From assembly GCA_013239625.1 (NCBI GenBank), contig MU054187.1, positions 14,604,974-14,668,973 of the forward strand: 64,000 nucleotides of DNA, given 5' to 3'. The notes beneath the pieces were generated by a model. The model was not told the DNA's origin. It searched no databases and saw only the letters and a program-made list of their open reading frames with translations. Source of the DNA: Lama guanicoe. Its lineage: Eukaryota. Each line of letters begins with the position of its first letter. The first letter of the stretch is position 1. The position numbers and the translations under genes are program-made. This document shows, piece after piece, positions 40,194 to 53,705 of the stretch.

Positions 40194-41970
40194 CTAGAAA
40201 AGAATATCAATAATTTATACTTTCTTTTTACAACATAATATCCTTCTAGTTACACCATCTGAAATCGTTGATTAGATTTCCTCCAAATGCTCACACCTTT
40301 TCTTTTAAAAGCTTCTTAACATTTTCTATATATTTTATATGCCTAATTCTCAGATTTTCAATTGCCTGTTCTATAACTCACAATCCATTGTCAAAATATT
40401 TCTAAATATATTTGTAAACATTGATGCTGTAAAGTGGTTATGAAGAAAAGACAGCTACCTATGAAACTTCATAACTATTCCATTAAAGTTATTAAGGTCT
40501 CAGCATTGATTATAAATTCCTAATAGTTCTAGTAATGCTTGCTTTATGCTTTTCAATTATAAAAACCATAAGTCTCCATAATCCTTAAATAATGTATCAT
40601 TCTAGGCAGATAAGCTTTCCAGAAGAACTATATAAATTACCTTTCACGCAAAAAGCCTTTTGAAAAAGTTTTAATAATTTTAGTTTACAACTTACAGCCC
40701 CTATTTGTTTTCTTAAAATAGGATCATCCACAGATAATCTAATCTTTCAATACCAGAATACAACATATTTGGGCCTAAGATATATAAAGTTATTTTTTCA
40801 CATACTATATACCCCCAAGTGGCTATGTATTTGCTTTCTTGTTTGTACAGCTTTTATTGTTCAATTCTTCCCTTATCAACAGTGGACATTCCTTTTCAGC
40901 ATACAACAAAGCAAAACAAAAACCACAGCAGCCCATAATATATGGGTTTAAAACTCAACGGAATGTTATTAAAATTCTTAATGAATTAAGATTCTTAATG
41001 AACATCTTTTCTTAGATCAAAGCATACAGGCATGGATTTCTGTTCAGAACTCCAAACAACTCTCTGCTTAATAGCTAGTTTCTGCTTTTTATAGACAATG
41101 AAATATTACTATCAGTATAGCAATGTTTCTAGATTTTTTTTCAATTCATAACACCTTTAAATAAGCCTACCATCATCCAACACTACTACTACAGATTAGA
41201 AAACGCCTCCCTTCTTTGTTGACAATCAATGCAACAGCTTTAATAAATGGCCCTCCAAATTGCCAAAAATGAAAAATTTTCCTCAGATCTTGCAATATCT
41301 TAATTGCCAGTAAAAATGAAAATAAAATATCAACTATTTGTAATTTCTGACTGCAGTTGCCTCCTAAAATGCAAAATTACAAATTAAAAATTAGTTAAGA
41401 AAAATTTTAATTATTCAAAATTTAGAAATAAAGCTGCATAAACTGTTTGAATTAAGAAATACATTTGTGATAAGTGTCTATATTAGAAGAGGGTTTTACA
41501 CGTTAACAAACATGCATTCTGTTAATTTTCAAAAACACCGGTTCAACGACAACAAAGACTTCTTTAAAAGCTGGAATTCTCAGAGATTTCTGATATACTA
41601 ACTTGCACAAGGATTCTCTGAGGGGAGGAAGATAATATACAGGTTTCCAAAAGTAACGGACTCTTCCCAGTGTAGGGTATACTGGAAAAATCTTGTTTCA
41701 GTGATCACATGTTGGGAAACACTGCTGTGGAAATCCTCCAGATCTTAAGAACTTCACTAAGACAGGGAAGACAGCCCTTGTTACTGAATCCAGGTATAAA
41801 AGAAAGTCAATTTGCATAGTTAGCAATTGAAACATGATATAAAGGCAAGCTAAGAAGAACTGTATTGGTGTAATTATCCCAAGGTCTCCTGAACGTAACT
41901 TGTGAAGGGTGGTGTAGAAAAAGAAATGTTTTCCCCACCCTGACACTACATGTCCACAGAGGAAGAGGTC

Positions 41971-42450
41971 TGTGGTAGCCAAACCCCAAGAGAATCTCCA
42001 AGTAACTGCTTCCTAAATATTCACATCCTTGTGTAGTTCCTCCCACACTGTACCAGAGCTGGTCTGTGTGACCAACAGAATGCAGCAGAAATGATGGCAT
42101 GTCACTCCCAAGATTAGGTAATAAAAGATTATGATTTACTTCTTGGCCATTCTCTCTAGAATCACTTGCCATACTGTGAACAGCCCAACTCAGAGGCCCA
42201 TGCGGTAAGGTGAGGGCCTCCAGCCAATAATCATGTATGATTTGGATGAATCTCCCATCTGGAATCTCCAATTCTGGCCAAGCTTTCAGATGACTATAGC
42301 CCTGGCCAATATTTTGACTGCAAACTCAAGCCAGAACCATCCAGCTTTCTGATTCCAGACGTGTGGAATTACATGGGATTATAAATGTTTATTCTTTTAA
42401 ATTACTAAATTTGGGGGTAATCTGTCATACAGCAATAGATGGTTAATACA
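41971..42450 (+). mobile_element. MaLR LTR (MLT1F-like)
   Basis: TG...CA ends ('tgtggtag' and 'gcaatagatggttaataca'); internal 'ggtctgtgtgaccaacagaatgcagcagaaatgatgg'. Confidence 0.85.
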
Positions 42451-44594
42451 GGACCTCTGCTCCAACCTCTCCCCATTAGGAGGGGCTACCATCCACTTCT
42501 TCATTTCAGTTTCAGTATCAGATCAGAATCCAAGACATTCACTAGAGCATGTTTTTTAACTGAGGAGGTGGAGTCACTACATTAGACAATTCATGCCAGT
42601 CTCTTACTGTTTCAGCTACCAGGCAATAAAATACCTTGCATATCCACATCTCCTGCAATAAAGAGATAGAGCAGGACTAACATTTTGGGGGTTATGAGTA
42701 CTTAATAAACCCACTAATAAAAGTGATAATTCACCCATATACTTATAAAACTCACAAAATAAGATAAGAGTAGAAGGTCAGTGTATATGGCAGGCTCCTA
42801 AAAACAAGAAATTCACTCTTAAATATATCCTTCCTGGAACAGTAATTCAGTAGAGAGGGCAGGAAGTGTCTTTAAGTAAGCAATCAGGTTCTTCAAGGGT
42901 CCTCTGGCTCTTCTAAGAAACTGGTTCTAAGTTTCCTGAGTATAAACACAGAAGCTAAGAAAAGAAAGACTTAACAAGTTCGATGTGAAAATAAATGAAA
43001 ACTCATACTCACCTAAGAATGTGAAGAACTAGTGTTAACTGTTTAGAGATCATACCATGTAGCATCTATCAACAGAATGCTACTATCACATGAGGAGGCA
43101 TTCGCCTCCTAACTCTGAAGACAAAGTGTTACAAAACTAGATGAGAGACACTACTAGGGCAGAACACTAGCAAAAGCAGAGATACCGCAGCTTTTTAGAC
43201 CATCACAGCAACACCAGCTGTCCCAGACAGCAGTGAAAATGGCTGCCTCAGACTGAGATAACTGGAGGTGAAAACAACTGCAGAAGGTAACTACTGTAAC
43301 TAAAGAAGCAAAACTACCCCAAAACCTTTGGAAGCTGAGGGGGCTGACAATTAAGAGTTCAAATGGTCCCTAGCTAAATACCACCCATGTCTGCCCCTAA
43401 ATTAGAGAGGTAGGGGAGAACTAATTACATATGTTACCCACCATGGTTCTCTGAATCTAAGACACACCATCAATCATAGTCTTATGATTTTATGTAACAG
43501 TAGGAACTAAAACTGCTGCCAATTAAACAATGACACACCACTGACAACACATATCTTGATTTCAGATATGCTAAAATATGAAAAAATGCACATTTAAAAA
43601 CCTATAATATGCTATTAATAAAAGTTTGATTTTCCTAATGCTTAAGTGCTAGAACTACTTGATAAATAAAAATTTAGTTTCTGAGTAAATGTAATAACTT
43701 AGGAAGATGCTTCTCTTAATATTTAACACCTATCCCATAATACATGATCTCAATCTGTATTATTTAAATATGCACTTTATTCCCAGAATTTGCATAGCAG
43801 TATACAGATATCTGTCCTCTGAGGCAAAAAGGCCAGGCCCAGAATCTAAATGTTCTGAAGCATCACAAGTCTAGGGTAAACCTGAAAACTCTATCTAGAC
43901 CTCATCTTGTGTCGGCTCAAGTCTGGAAAACTCAGAAATTTGAGCTCTTTGAAGAGATCTAAGTGGGCTGGATCAGTAAGAAAGATTATGATATCTCTAA
44001 ATACCATTAGAGAAATGATTAAACACTTTCAGAACTGGCCTGGCTCTCCGTGGCTCTATATAGTCCAGCCAGTATCTCCCTGTCTCTCCTTCCTCATGAA
44101 TGTAAATGAATCAAAGTGATATGAATCCACTGTAGTTTATTATTTTTCTTGGCTAAGAAAACCACTGACAAATTGTGCAATTAACTACTATCAATGTTAA
44201 CACTGAGAAACACCACAAAACTGAATGGCACCCTAGTATGTCACAATACAATGTATGATGAGTGACCTGCACTTGACAGTGACACTAGTTCAGTTCCTAA
44301 AACTTTCTCCCACTTCAACACACGTGAGGGATCATTCCTGAGATGTACTCTCCCCTGTGACCTGGGCTCACCACAGGGGTGGGAGGACAGTATTTCTGTA
44401 ATATGAAAAGGCTGCCCAGCAGCTTAACATTTCCTCTTCACCACATCACCTCCCCAAGAATCAGTATAATAGCTGCTTCACATCAAAGGTCAAGTGTGAG
44501 GACGGAGACAAAAAGGTTACCATCATAAAACAGACACATATATTATTACTCTTAGCCTTATGAGACAACAATGAAATGTGTCTGTTCAGAATAT

Positions 44595-44689
44595 GGGGGA
44601 GGGCAGTATAGCTCAGTGGTAGAGTGTGTGCCTAGCATGCATGAGGTCCTGGGTTCAACCCCCAGTACCTCCATTAAAATAAATAAAAA
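44595..44689 (+). mobile_element. Short tRNA-derived SINE (Vic-1-like)
   Basis: 'gtatagctcagtggtagagtgtgtgcctagcatgcatgaggtcctgggttcaacccccagtacctccattaaaataaataaaaa'. Confidence 0.88.
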
Positions 44690-45084
44690 CAGAATGGGTA
44701 GAGGGAAAAAGTCTCCTATGAAGCAGTCACAGTCTCAAGCAGACACCCACAAGGGTCTGAATCTGAATTCCTGCTAAGAACCTTAGGCAAGAATTTAATC
44801 AAGTGGTCAAGGAAGTAATGCCCCAGGCAACTGGCAGAAGCAAAAACATCTTGGAAGAATACAAGTTCTATCCACTGAGGCAACAAATTCTCTTTGAAAA
44901 ATCTGGAAAGATAATTTAAAAATTAATAAAGACCAAATGCGAAATTATTCAGAGGACAATAGCATACAATACTTGCTGCAATAAAAATTTATACTGTATA
45001 TATGTATTTACATGCAATACAATATGTATGTGCAGTCGAACTGTAATAATTCTACCTAATAAAACTGAAAAAAAATTAACTATG

Positions 45085-45180
45085 AAAAGGTATATGCATC
45101 CCTACGTTCACTGAAGCATTCCATACTTGGAAGCAACCTAAGCGTCCAACAAGAGAGGAACTAATAAAGAGGATGTGGTA

Positions 45181-45219
<39 letters not shown>

Positions 45220-45695
45220 ACACACACAACCAGATGGGTACTCAGCAACTAAAAAAAAGAATAAAATCTTGCCATTTGTGACAATGTGGATAGACTTGGA
45301 CGGTATTATGCTAAGTGAAGTAAGTCAAACAGAGAAAACAAATACTGTATGATTTCATTTATATGTGGAATCTAAAAAATACAACAAATGAACAAATAAC
45401 AGAAACAGAAACAGAGAACAAGTAAGTGGTTGCCAAAGGGGAGGGGGTGGGAAGGAAGAGTGAAATAGGTGAAGGAGGTTAGAAGGAAAAAACTTTCAGT
45501 TACTAAATACATGAGTCACAGGGATGAAATGCACAACATGGGGAATACAGTCAAAAATATTGTAAAAACTCTGTATGATGACAGATGGTAGCTAGACTTA
45601 CAGTGATCATTTAGTAATGTATAAAAATACTAAATGTTGTGCCCCTGGAATTAACATAGTGTTACAGGTCAATTATACTTCAATTTTTTTAAAAA
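45085..45695 (+). mobile_element. L1MA-like 3' end containing a (CA)n tract
   Basis: 'atcttgccatttgtgacaatgtggatagactt...attatgctaagtgaagtaagtcaaacagagaaa'; ends 'ggtcaattatacttcaattttttt'. Confidence 0.85.
45181..45228. repeat. (CA)n microsatellite, imperfect
   Basis: About 24 CA units with two TA interruptions. Confidence 0.95.
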
Positions 45696-45899
45696 ATGAG
45701 ACATATAAGCTCTTAAAATAAAAATGAAGGTAAACATATCTGATAAGGAAGGCAAAGATAAGTGAAATATAAAACTCTACTTCAATTATTCATTTTTTTT
45801 AAAGTGCATTATTTTACATTTTTGCTAATTTCTTTCAATATCTGGCTTAAAAAAAGGATATCTAGATTTGAAAGATGTCAGGACTAGCTCTGGTAGGTA

Positions 45900-47165
45900 G
45901 CAAGATTTCACCACCAACCAAAGTATGGACACATACAGACCAAATGGGACAGAAAAGAGAGCCCAGATGCAGACCCACACATATTTAGAAACTTGACTGT
46001 TGACCAAATTGGAAAGCCTCATAGTAAATGGGGCTGAGACAAATTGGATATTCATTAAAAAAAAAAATTAGATCCCTACCTCAACCCATAAGAATTAAAG
46101 ACCTAAATGTGAAAGGCTGAATTGCAAGATTTTAGAAGACAATATTTTAGGAGAAAATTTTAGAAAACGTTCATGAGTTCAGAGTAGAAAACTTTTTCTT
46201 AAAACACAAAAAGTACCAGCCAAAAAGGAAAAGACTGATAAATTTCCTTTGGGGTTCATCAAGACACTGAAATTGAAAAATCAAATCTTAAACTGGGAAA
46301 AGAATTTGGCCATACAAAAGAACTTCTTCTATAAATCAATAAAGGCCAACCGAATTGATTAAAAATAAATAAATAAAAAGTCAACAGGCATTCTATAGAA
46401 AAGGAAACACAAATAGCCCATAAACAAATAAAAATGATATTTGACCTCTTTATTAAGCAAAGAATTGTAAAACAACTGCAATGAGATACGCTTCACAAAA
46501 ATTAAGTCGGACAGTATCAGGTATTGGGGAGCACGTGGCACCCCTGGAACTACCAGGAAGAACATAAACTGATTTAACCACTCTGGTTATCTGGTAAAGC
46601 CGAACAAAGACACAGTACAACCCAGCAAGTCCACACCTAGATATATTCCCACACACACATCCCTTAGAGAAAACCATGCCTATGTGTACCAGGAAAAGAT
46701 GTGTTAGAATATTTAAAGCAGCACTGTTCACAATAAGTTAGGAGTAAAATACACAGCTATGAAAGACTTTGTAACATGGAATACTATTTTAGTCTAAAAA
46801 ATGTACTGTTACATCCATTGAGATGGATTAATCTTAAAATGTTAAAAAAAAGAAATCAGAAATACAGTATGATTCCACTTATTTAATGTTCAAAAGAGTG
46901 AAACTTAATATACCATTTAAAGTAAATCTATAAAGAAAAACAGGGAATGATAAAATCCAGGAGAGCAATTTAGTCTGGGACATAAGAAATGAGGTACCAT
47001 CAGAAGAGGCATGTACAGGAGGCTTCAAAAGTAACGGTAACTTCTATTTCTCAAGCTAGGTGCATATTTTATTAATATTCTTTATTTTTATTCATATTCT
47101 TTAAAACATCCACTTATGATTTTTAAATTCTTTTTTTATGCTTGATACATTTCATAATCTTTTTT
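45900..47165 (+). mobile_element. Old L1M (L1ME/MD-like) 3' fragment
   Basis: 'agaccaaatgggacagaaaagagagcccaga', 'aaagacctaaatgtgaaagg', 'aatacagtatgattccacttat'. Confidence 0.75.
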
Positions 47166-47599
47166 TTTTAGGTCACTCTCAAAAAGTCTGGTTATGAAAC
47201 GAGGGCCTGCAACAGGATGGTAGTTAGCAAGAGAAGTAGTAGAGGGAAGTATCTGTTTTTTAAGAAGAAACATTAGCACAAGTAAATATTTATGAGAAGA
47301 ACCAAAAAAGGAAGTGACTGATCACCGATATGTAAAATATCTGTGAAGAGATGTTTAAGACTAGGGACTGACTTTACAACCGAATTGTCTTTTCAATGGT
47401 AAATGCTATGTATATACAGGAAAAAAAATAGAAACCAAAGTATTTCAAAATTTAAAAAAAAAACCTTAATCTCACCATCCAGTGACCTTTTTAGGGTAGT
47501 AATTTTTCTTTTTACTAATCTGTAATTTTCTCGTGTTTCAACAATGAACATATATAAAGTTTCTTTTTTTTAATGAAAAAGAACGAAAACTGAACAGTG

Positions 47600-47930
47600 T
47601 GGCAGGTGTACTGGAGAAGTTTAGACAGAATGAAGGCCAGGAAGCCAGACTGAAAACTACTAGAAAAATAAAGAGTTGAGACATTACTAGTGATCAACTG
47701 GAGATACAGAATAGACTGGATTTAGTGGTAAATAGATGGGAGGAGGGAGAAAGAGAAAAATGAGGATGATTCCAGCATGTTAGTTTGTGTGATGGTGGTA
47801 CTAAAATCTGAAACAAATACAGGAGGAGGAACAGGTAGAGGCAGTCGGTCTCTGTCTTTGTGGGGTTAGAGGCAGCTGAGATTAAAGTCAATTTTGGACC
47901 TGTGGAGTTCCAGCTTCTTGTGAGCATTCA
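47600..47930. mobile_element. L2 remnant
   Basis: 'gactggatttagtggtaaatagatggg', 'caattttggacctgtggagttccag' resemble L2. Confidence 0.55.
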
Positions 47931-48322
47931 GTGATAAACAGAAACAACTGTCTCTACCAGAGCTGAAGCATGGCTGCTCTCTTTACACGAAACTCTTGAG
48001 GCTGGTATGCTCTCTGCCATGACCCCAATATAAGCATCCTATGTACTTTAAATCAGCTTGGCCCCAGGAGGCAAGGAGTTTACAACTCTAAAATCAAACC
48101 CGAACTTCTCAAGCAAGTTCAGAGGTTATGTCTGGTGTTCTGGAAATTAACACTCCAAATAAACTATATAAGTTACCCAGAAACCTGGACTCTGAATGAA
48201 ATAAAATACAGTTCTGAGTGTACTGTTCTCCCCTTGTGATCACTACGTTTCATTAGGCCTGACAGAGTTGATGTTTCATTCTAGCTAAGCTTCCTTTGAT
48301 TTTTGGAAAAATACTTAAATGT

Positions 48323-48475
48323 GACACAACATTGTAAAATGATTATAAATCAATAAAAAATGTTTTTAAAAAAAGACACAACATTGTAAAATGATTATAA
48401 ATCAATAAAAAATGTTTTTAAAAAAAGACACAACATTGTAAAATGATTATAAATCAATAAAAATGTTAAAAAAAA
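48323..48475 (+). repeat. Three tandem 52-bp copies of a young L1 3' terminus flanked by one TSD
   Basis: Unit 'gacacaacattgtaaaatgattataaatcaataaaaa(a)tgtt' starts at 48323, 48375 and 48427; ACTTAAATGTG at 48313-48323 and 48476-48486. Confidence 0.9.
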
Positions 48476-49066
48476 ACTTAAATGTGCCTTTTTTCCCTTA
48501 TAAAGGTACAATTCAAAATTTTTTACCTTCCAGATTTGGCTACACTGGGCTACATCCAGAGACTCTGATAAGTATTAATAAAGTTATTCAGGCAAATAAT
48601 ATGTCATAAAGCATAAAACATGCTATGTAGTAGAAAACGTAGATTATAGCCAGGGTTTGGCACACATCAGGCCTTAAATAAATACGCTAAGAGTAAAAAG
48701 TTGGGTTTGACCTACAAATCAAAATGCAGCTCTACCACAAGAGACAAAAATTGGGATTTAGGGTAACAGAATTTGTCATTTGTTAAAAATGTAAGCAAAA
48801 TGCAAGCCTTAAGAGGTAAGTTAAGTACTTTAAGAGATATATTTAATTTAAAAATTCAACATCTGCTTTCTAGGAGTGTATATATGTGTAACTTTGGACA
48901 AATAATAATCTGTATCTTAATTTCTACATAATTAAATATCTACCTCAGATTGAGAATGATAGGCCAGCAGCTGTAACAACACTTCGAAAATTTTAAAAAT
49001 ATTTTGAAAAGTTTAAGGTTCCAAATACCCACCCTAAGGTAGTATTAAAATTCACAGATGGAAGTT

Positions 49067-49165
49067 GGGGGAGAGTATAGCTCAGTAGTAGAGTGCGTGC
49101 TTAACACGCAAGAGGTCCTGGGCTAGATTCCCTGTACCTCCATGAATAAATAAACCTAAAAAATA
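49067..49165 (+). mobile_element. Short tRNA-derived SINE (Vic-1-like), diverged
   Basis: 'gggggagagtatagctcagtagtagagtgcgtgcttaacacgcaagaggtcctggg...tacctccatgaataaataaa'. Confidence 0.85.
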
Positions 49166-50523
49166 AGTGGTGAAATAAAAATAAAAGATCATATCTTTAA
49201 ATTATGAATTTACCCTAATGAACATTATTAGAAAGCAAATGAAAATATGTATCAACTTCACTTGTTGCGGGGGGGGTTCAAACAACAAACCAGTTTTTCT
49301 CTCAGCTAAAATCTATAAAATTTGTCCCAAATATTCTTCAAAACTTATTAATGAAAAGCTTCCTTCTAAGCAAAAATGCTAAATATGTAAATAGAAACTG
49401 ACAACTTGTTTCCCCATTTTTAGCAAGTAACAAAAGAAAAATAAATAAATCAATAAATCACACTGTCCCTACAGTCAGTCTCTGGTCCTTAACTCCCAGA
49501 GCAAGAAGATTCTCTCCCCATCTCAAAATTCTCCCACCTCTCTCTGGACCTCGTGCCTTATCAACTCATCCAGAATGTTGTTTTCAGAGTTAATAATTTG
49601 GTTTCTAATAACTTCACCCTTTACCAGTTAACAGCTTCTTCCCTTCAGTCCTCAACTGGGTCTCCTAGCTTTAAAACAACAGCCATCATTCAGCTTCTAT
49701 TCCTGTCCATTCCTTCCTTTCCTTTCACTGTCCAAATGCATGAACTCAGTTAACACCACTCCCTCTACCTCCCCTCTAATACATTCGTTTAAACTTCAAT
49801 TCCTGCATTTCTTAAAGTTCAATGCCACTTGCTTATTAAATATAGTGGAGGTCTTATTTCACAGACACCACTTACAGCCTTTCATGTGAGGAGATTTTCC
49901 CCCTTTGATTCTGTTATACCAAACTTAGCTCTCTTTCTATTTCTGCCATACTTCGAACACTTTACTTGCTGGGCCCTCTGTTTTGGGGGGTTGGGGGTGG
50001 GGAGGTGGACAGGTCCCTCTTTTTGCAGACACCCCCAGAGCAAAGTTTTCTAGCACTTTTGGTAAGCTCCTTCTCTACAACTTTAAATTCACTACTATCA
50101 AGTATTTTGAGAGCTAGAAAATAAACCGTTCTTGAAAACTTACCCTAAATTATAACGTAAAACTGGGAGTGAGGGGGAGAGGAAGTAGCACATGCTTAGC
50201 TTATAATGGTAAAAAAGTGGAAACTCATGAACGTGGCTAATTAAATCATGATTATACCATTAGAACAAATACTGATGCTCAACTCTCTATACCAAAAGGC
50301 AGCTTCCACAGCTTGTAAGTTTTATGACTTAAAAAGATCTTATAACATTCTTTTTAAGCTGTAAACTAGGTGGATCTTAATTATAGATCTATCCTTCTTG
50401 TAGATTTAGTCTCAAAGGAAGACACATCTGGTTATTTGTAATTTACTGAGCACTATTCTTAGAATACTCTTCTATTTCTAAATTATTTCTAAAGCATTTT
50501 TAAAGATGGCTACATTCTTATAT

Positions 50524-50832
50524 AGTTAGATGCTTATCTCAGGAAGAATTTCAAAGACCCCCAGATTCTTGCATCTTCCCATCCATAGTAAAACACTAAA
50601 ATCTATAACTTGAGATTGTTCTTCATGATGAGCAGTAATCTTGTACCAAGATGTATGCTTGACTGCATATTTTACCTAACCAAAAATCATTTATAAACTG
50701 GCTTCTCCCCTGCTTCTTTGGAGCAGCTTCCTCAGAACTAACTGAATGGTTATCTTCCTGCTATAGTCCTCAGCAGGACCCTGAATAAAATTTAAATTCA
50801 CAACTCTTATGTTGTGTGTCTTTAAGTCAACA
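50524..50832 (+). mobile_element. Solo ERV LTR (about 310 bp)
   Basis: Ends 'agttaga' and 'gtcaaca'; TATA-like 'tttataaa' followed by AATAAA about 45 bp before the end; flanks ATAT/CTAT may be a decayed 4-bp TSD. Confidence 0.65.
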
Positions 50833-51603
50833 CTATGCTTAAGGGTAATCAGGCTTATGAGAAGTCCAGTCTGCACTTCACTGACATTAACAGATGTTCT
50901 GTCCTCTGCTACATCTGGGAGAACCAATCACAAACTCCCTACACCAAAACACCCCACCCCATGCAAACTCACACCTCCTCCTCCCACATGCACACACAGA
51001 AAACAATTACAATTTCAGAAAAGAAGGATCCTGAGACACAACATATTTGGGTTTAGGGAGAAAGCAATCACATAATTCAAGTTTCAATGAAGCAAGACCT
51101 AGTATTTATATGCTGTCACAGTAAGGGTTTGTGGACTGGAAACCTAAGAAAAAACCTACTATCAGGGGTTAAAAAAAAAAAAAAAAAAGACTTTCACTGA
51201 AGCATTATCTCCAAAGTGAAAGAATTACCAAATATTATCTAGTTGAAAGAGATGCTTGTAATTAACAGGAAATGAACACTAATTTAAAAATATTATATAG
51301 TTTTCCTTATTCAACTCAATTCTTTAGTTTCTTTAAATTGGGCCCGGAGAGAAGCTGAAGCAAAAGACAGACATCAAAGGAATCAGAGATAGGGCAAAAA
51401 AGTAATGTTTTGATATCACTTCTGATCTATTTTGAAAAAAGTATTTACTTGAGTCACTGTTTTACATATTTACTCAGAAAACACTAAGTGATTATTACTA
51501 ATAGCACACTGCCCTCAGTGAGTTAAAAATCTAACAGAGACAAAGTACCTTTATAGTACGTACAAGGCAGAGGCAAAAAGCCCTATGAAAGAAGTAAAAC
51601 ATG

Positions 51604-51727
51604 GGGATGGGGGATATATAGCTCAGTGGTAGAGCACCTGCTTAATTAGCAAGTACAAAATCTCGGGTTCAATCCCCAGCACTTCCATTAAATAAACAAA
51701 CAACACCCCCCCCCAATTTTAAAAAGG
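51604..51727 (+). mobile_element. Short tRNA-derived SINE (Vic-1-like) with 11-bp TSD
   Basis: A box 'tagctcagtggtagag', B box 'gggttcaatccc'; AGTAAAACATG at 51593-51603 and 51728-51738. Confidence 0.88.
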
Positions 51728-52788
51728 AGTAAAACATGCTATAAGGGCACACAAGGTAAGAAAAAGCGTGTACGGCTGTGAGAACTGAGGCTAAATTTGG
51801 TGTATTCAGGATGCCAGGTATAAAGATGTAAAGAACTAATGTGGATTTTGAGTAAAATCTAAATTCAGAAATATAGTAGAAAAAGTAGAAGGACTAAGCA
51901 GGTAAGTTAGCTAGATAAGTTTAAAAAAAAAATTCCCAGAAATGATGAAAGGACAAGATTGAAGCTGTTGAAACTACCCAGAATTCAAAATGGAAGTTCA
52001 CTATGAAAAAGTGACTAAAAAGAACTGCTAAGTATTCATAGCAAGTAAAGGCTACTGACACAATCTTCCCGTTTGCAGTAATGTCCAGTTCAACCTAAAG
52101 AGAGGAAAGACAGACCCAGGAGCCAGAATCATAAACAACCTGGTTCTCAGTGATTTTAACGGACTGACAAAAAGTCCTCAGCATAGGCCTAAAACAGGAG
52201 CTGCATGAGGTAACAATACTGGCCAACAGACTAAAAACAAGACTAACAAGAGATACTCACATTTCAATACAAAGGCTCCAAAAATTATTTAAAACAACAA
52301 CCAAAAAACCCTTAAGACTGTAATTACTCATATTCAACTCCAAAGACTCATGATATAAAATCTGTAAGCTTGTCTAGGGACACAACTGGCAAAGAGGAAT
52401 CACTCAGCTCGTAACTGAGCCTAGAGAACCACCCAACAGACACACCTTAATGTACAGTGTTCACTAACCTTCCTCCACAAAGAACTCTCATGGCAGATAC
52501 TTTGTGTCTTTGTATAAAACAGCCATCAAACAACAGACTACACTAAAATTGTTAAGGCAGCTAACATGCCCTCTGATACGCACAGGAAATGGATGTTCTT
52601 TGATAGAATTGTGATCATGTAAACAGCCAGGAACAGAGGTAAACATCTTCATAGTCTCAAATCTGGTTCCTCTTAAAAGATCTCTCTAGAAGTAACAACT
52701 CTGAAATTTCTACCATCTAGTCCAAGGAGATGGATTACATCTTATCCAATTTATTTAATTTGCACACCTAAATTCTCCCACTGTAGAG

Positions 52789-52941
52789 AAGAGTTCTCAA
52801 CTTAGTCTGCACATTAGACTCACCATGGAGCTGAGAAAAATTCTAATACCCAAGACGCACACCAGGCCAAGGAAATCAATCTCTAGCTGTGTTTAGAGCT
52901 CCCCAGGTGATTTCAATATAATGCCAACATTGAAAACCACT
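52789..52941. mobile_element. MER5-like hAT element
   Basis: 'gttctcaactt...ctgcacattagactcacc...gctccccaggtgatttcaat...ttgaaaaccact'. Confidence 0.7.
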
Positions 52942-53113
52942 AACTTGGATTGTGTGGGTAATTCACGAAAAAACTGGGGGAAAGTACTTATCTACAGTAG
53001 AAAATGGAAAAGGCAAACAAGGAACCCAGATGTAGTAACGTTGCACCTTACCAGTTTTAACCTGGCTTCAAAACATTTCAAGTCAGAGGCGGATTGAAAT
53101 TTATATCAAAATA

Positions 53114-53705
53114 CAGTTAATTTTCATTATTCACAGCAGTTATGTCCTATAAAGTTGCAGCAAATATTTATTTAGCAAGTAGTGAACCACCGTTCTTGGG
53201 AAATACAGGATTAAGTTCCTGCAATCTTCTGTTCACATTCAACCAACCAACAATAACCTTAGTTTTTCTGTTTCTGTTCAGAGTTTTTAACATATATTGT
53301 TGGTTCGTCAACACTGAATCCTAGGGCAACAGTACATGACAGAAGGAAGGTTACCTAACACACATTTTCTACATAAGGTACATCAGTCTTTTTGCAATTA
53401 GGAACATTGAACAGCGCTTCAGTACTACATTTGGGAGCCATTTTAAACAGCGAAATCACCAAAAGCATTAAATAGACCCCAAAAAAGGACCCCTGTCTAC
53501 TGTACGACAGCTGAAACAAGACAGTGTTGGCCTGTTTTACCTCAGCTGGGAACATGTACATCCAGCAACTCAAACCTCCGGCCACTCTACCCATGTGTGC
53601 AAATCACCACAAAAGCATCATGAGTATCGATTTTAGGGTTACAGTAAGTTTTACCAAGTAGGTGGATTCACAAATACAGAACCCATGAATAACCAGAACA
53701 GACAA
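53114..53705. mobile_element. Non-autonomous TcMar-Tigger element (MER82-like)
   Basis: Starts TA-CAGTT; 'cattattcacagcagttatgtcctataaagt', 'gccattttaaacagcgaaatcacc', 'cctcagctgggaac'; decayed inverted end 'catgaataaccagaacagac'. Confidence 0.75.

Noticed and set aside
41807..42271. 154-aa minus-strand ORF
   Set aside because: Mostly within the MLT1 LTR, non-ATG start, no homology recognised.
48323..48475. Regularly spaced direct repeats resembling a CRISPR array
   Set aside because: No unique spacers, the unit is an L1 3' end, the context is mammalian and there are no cas genes.
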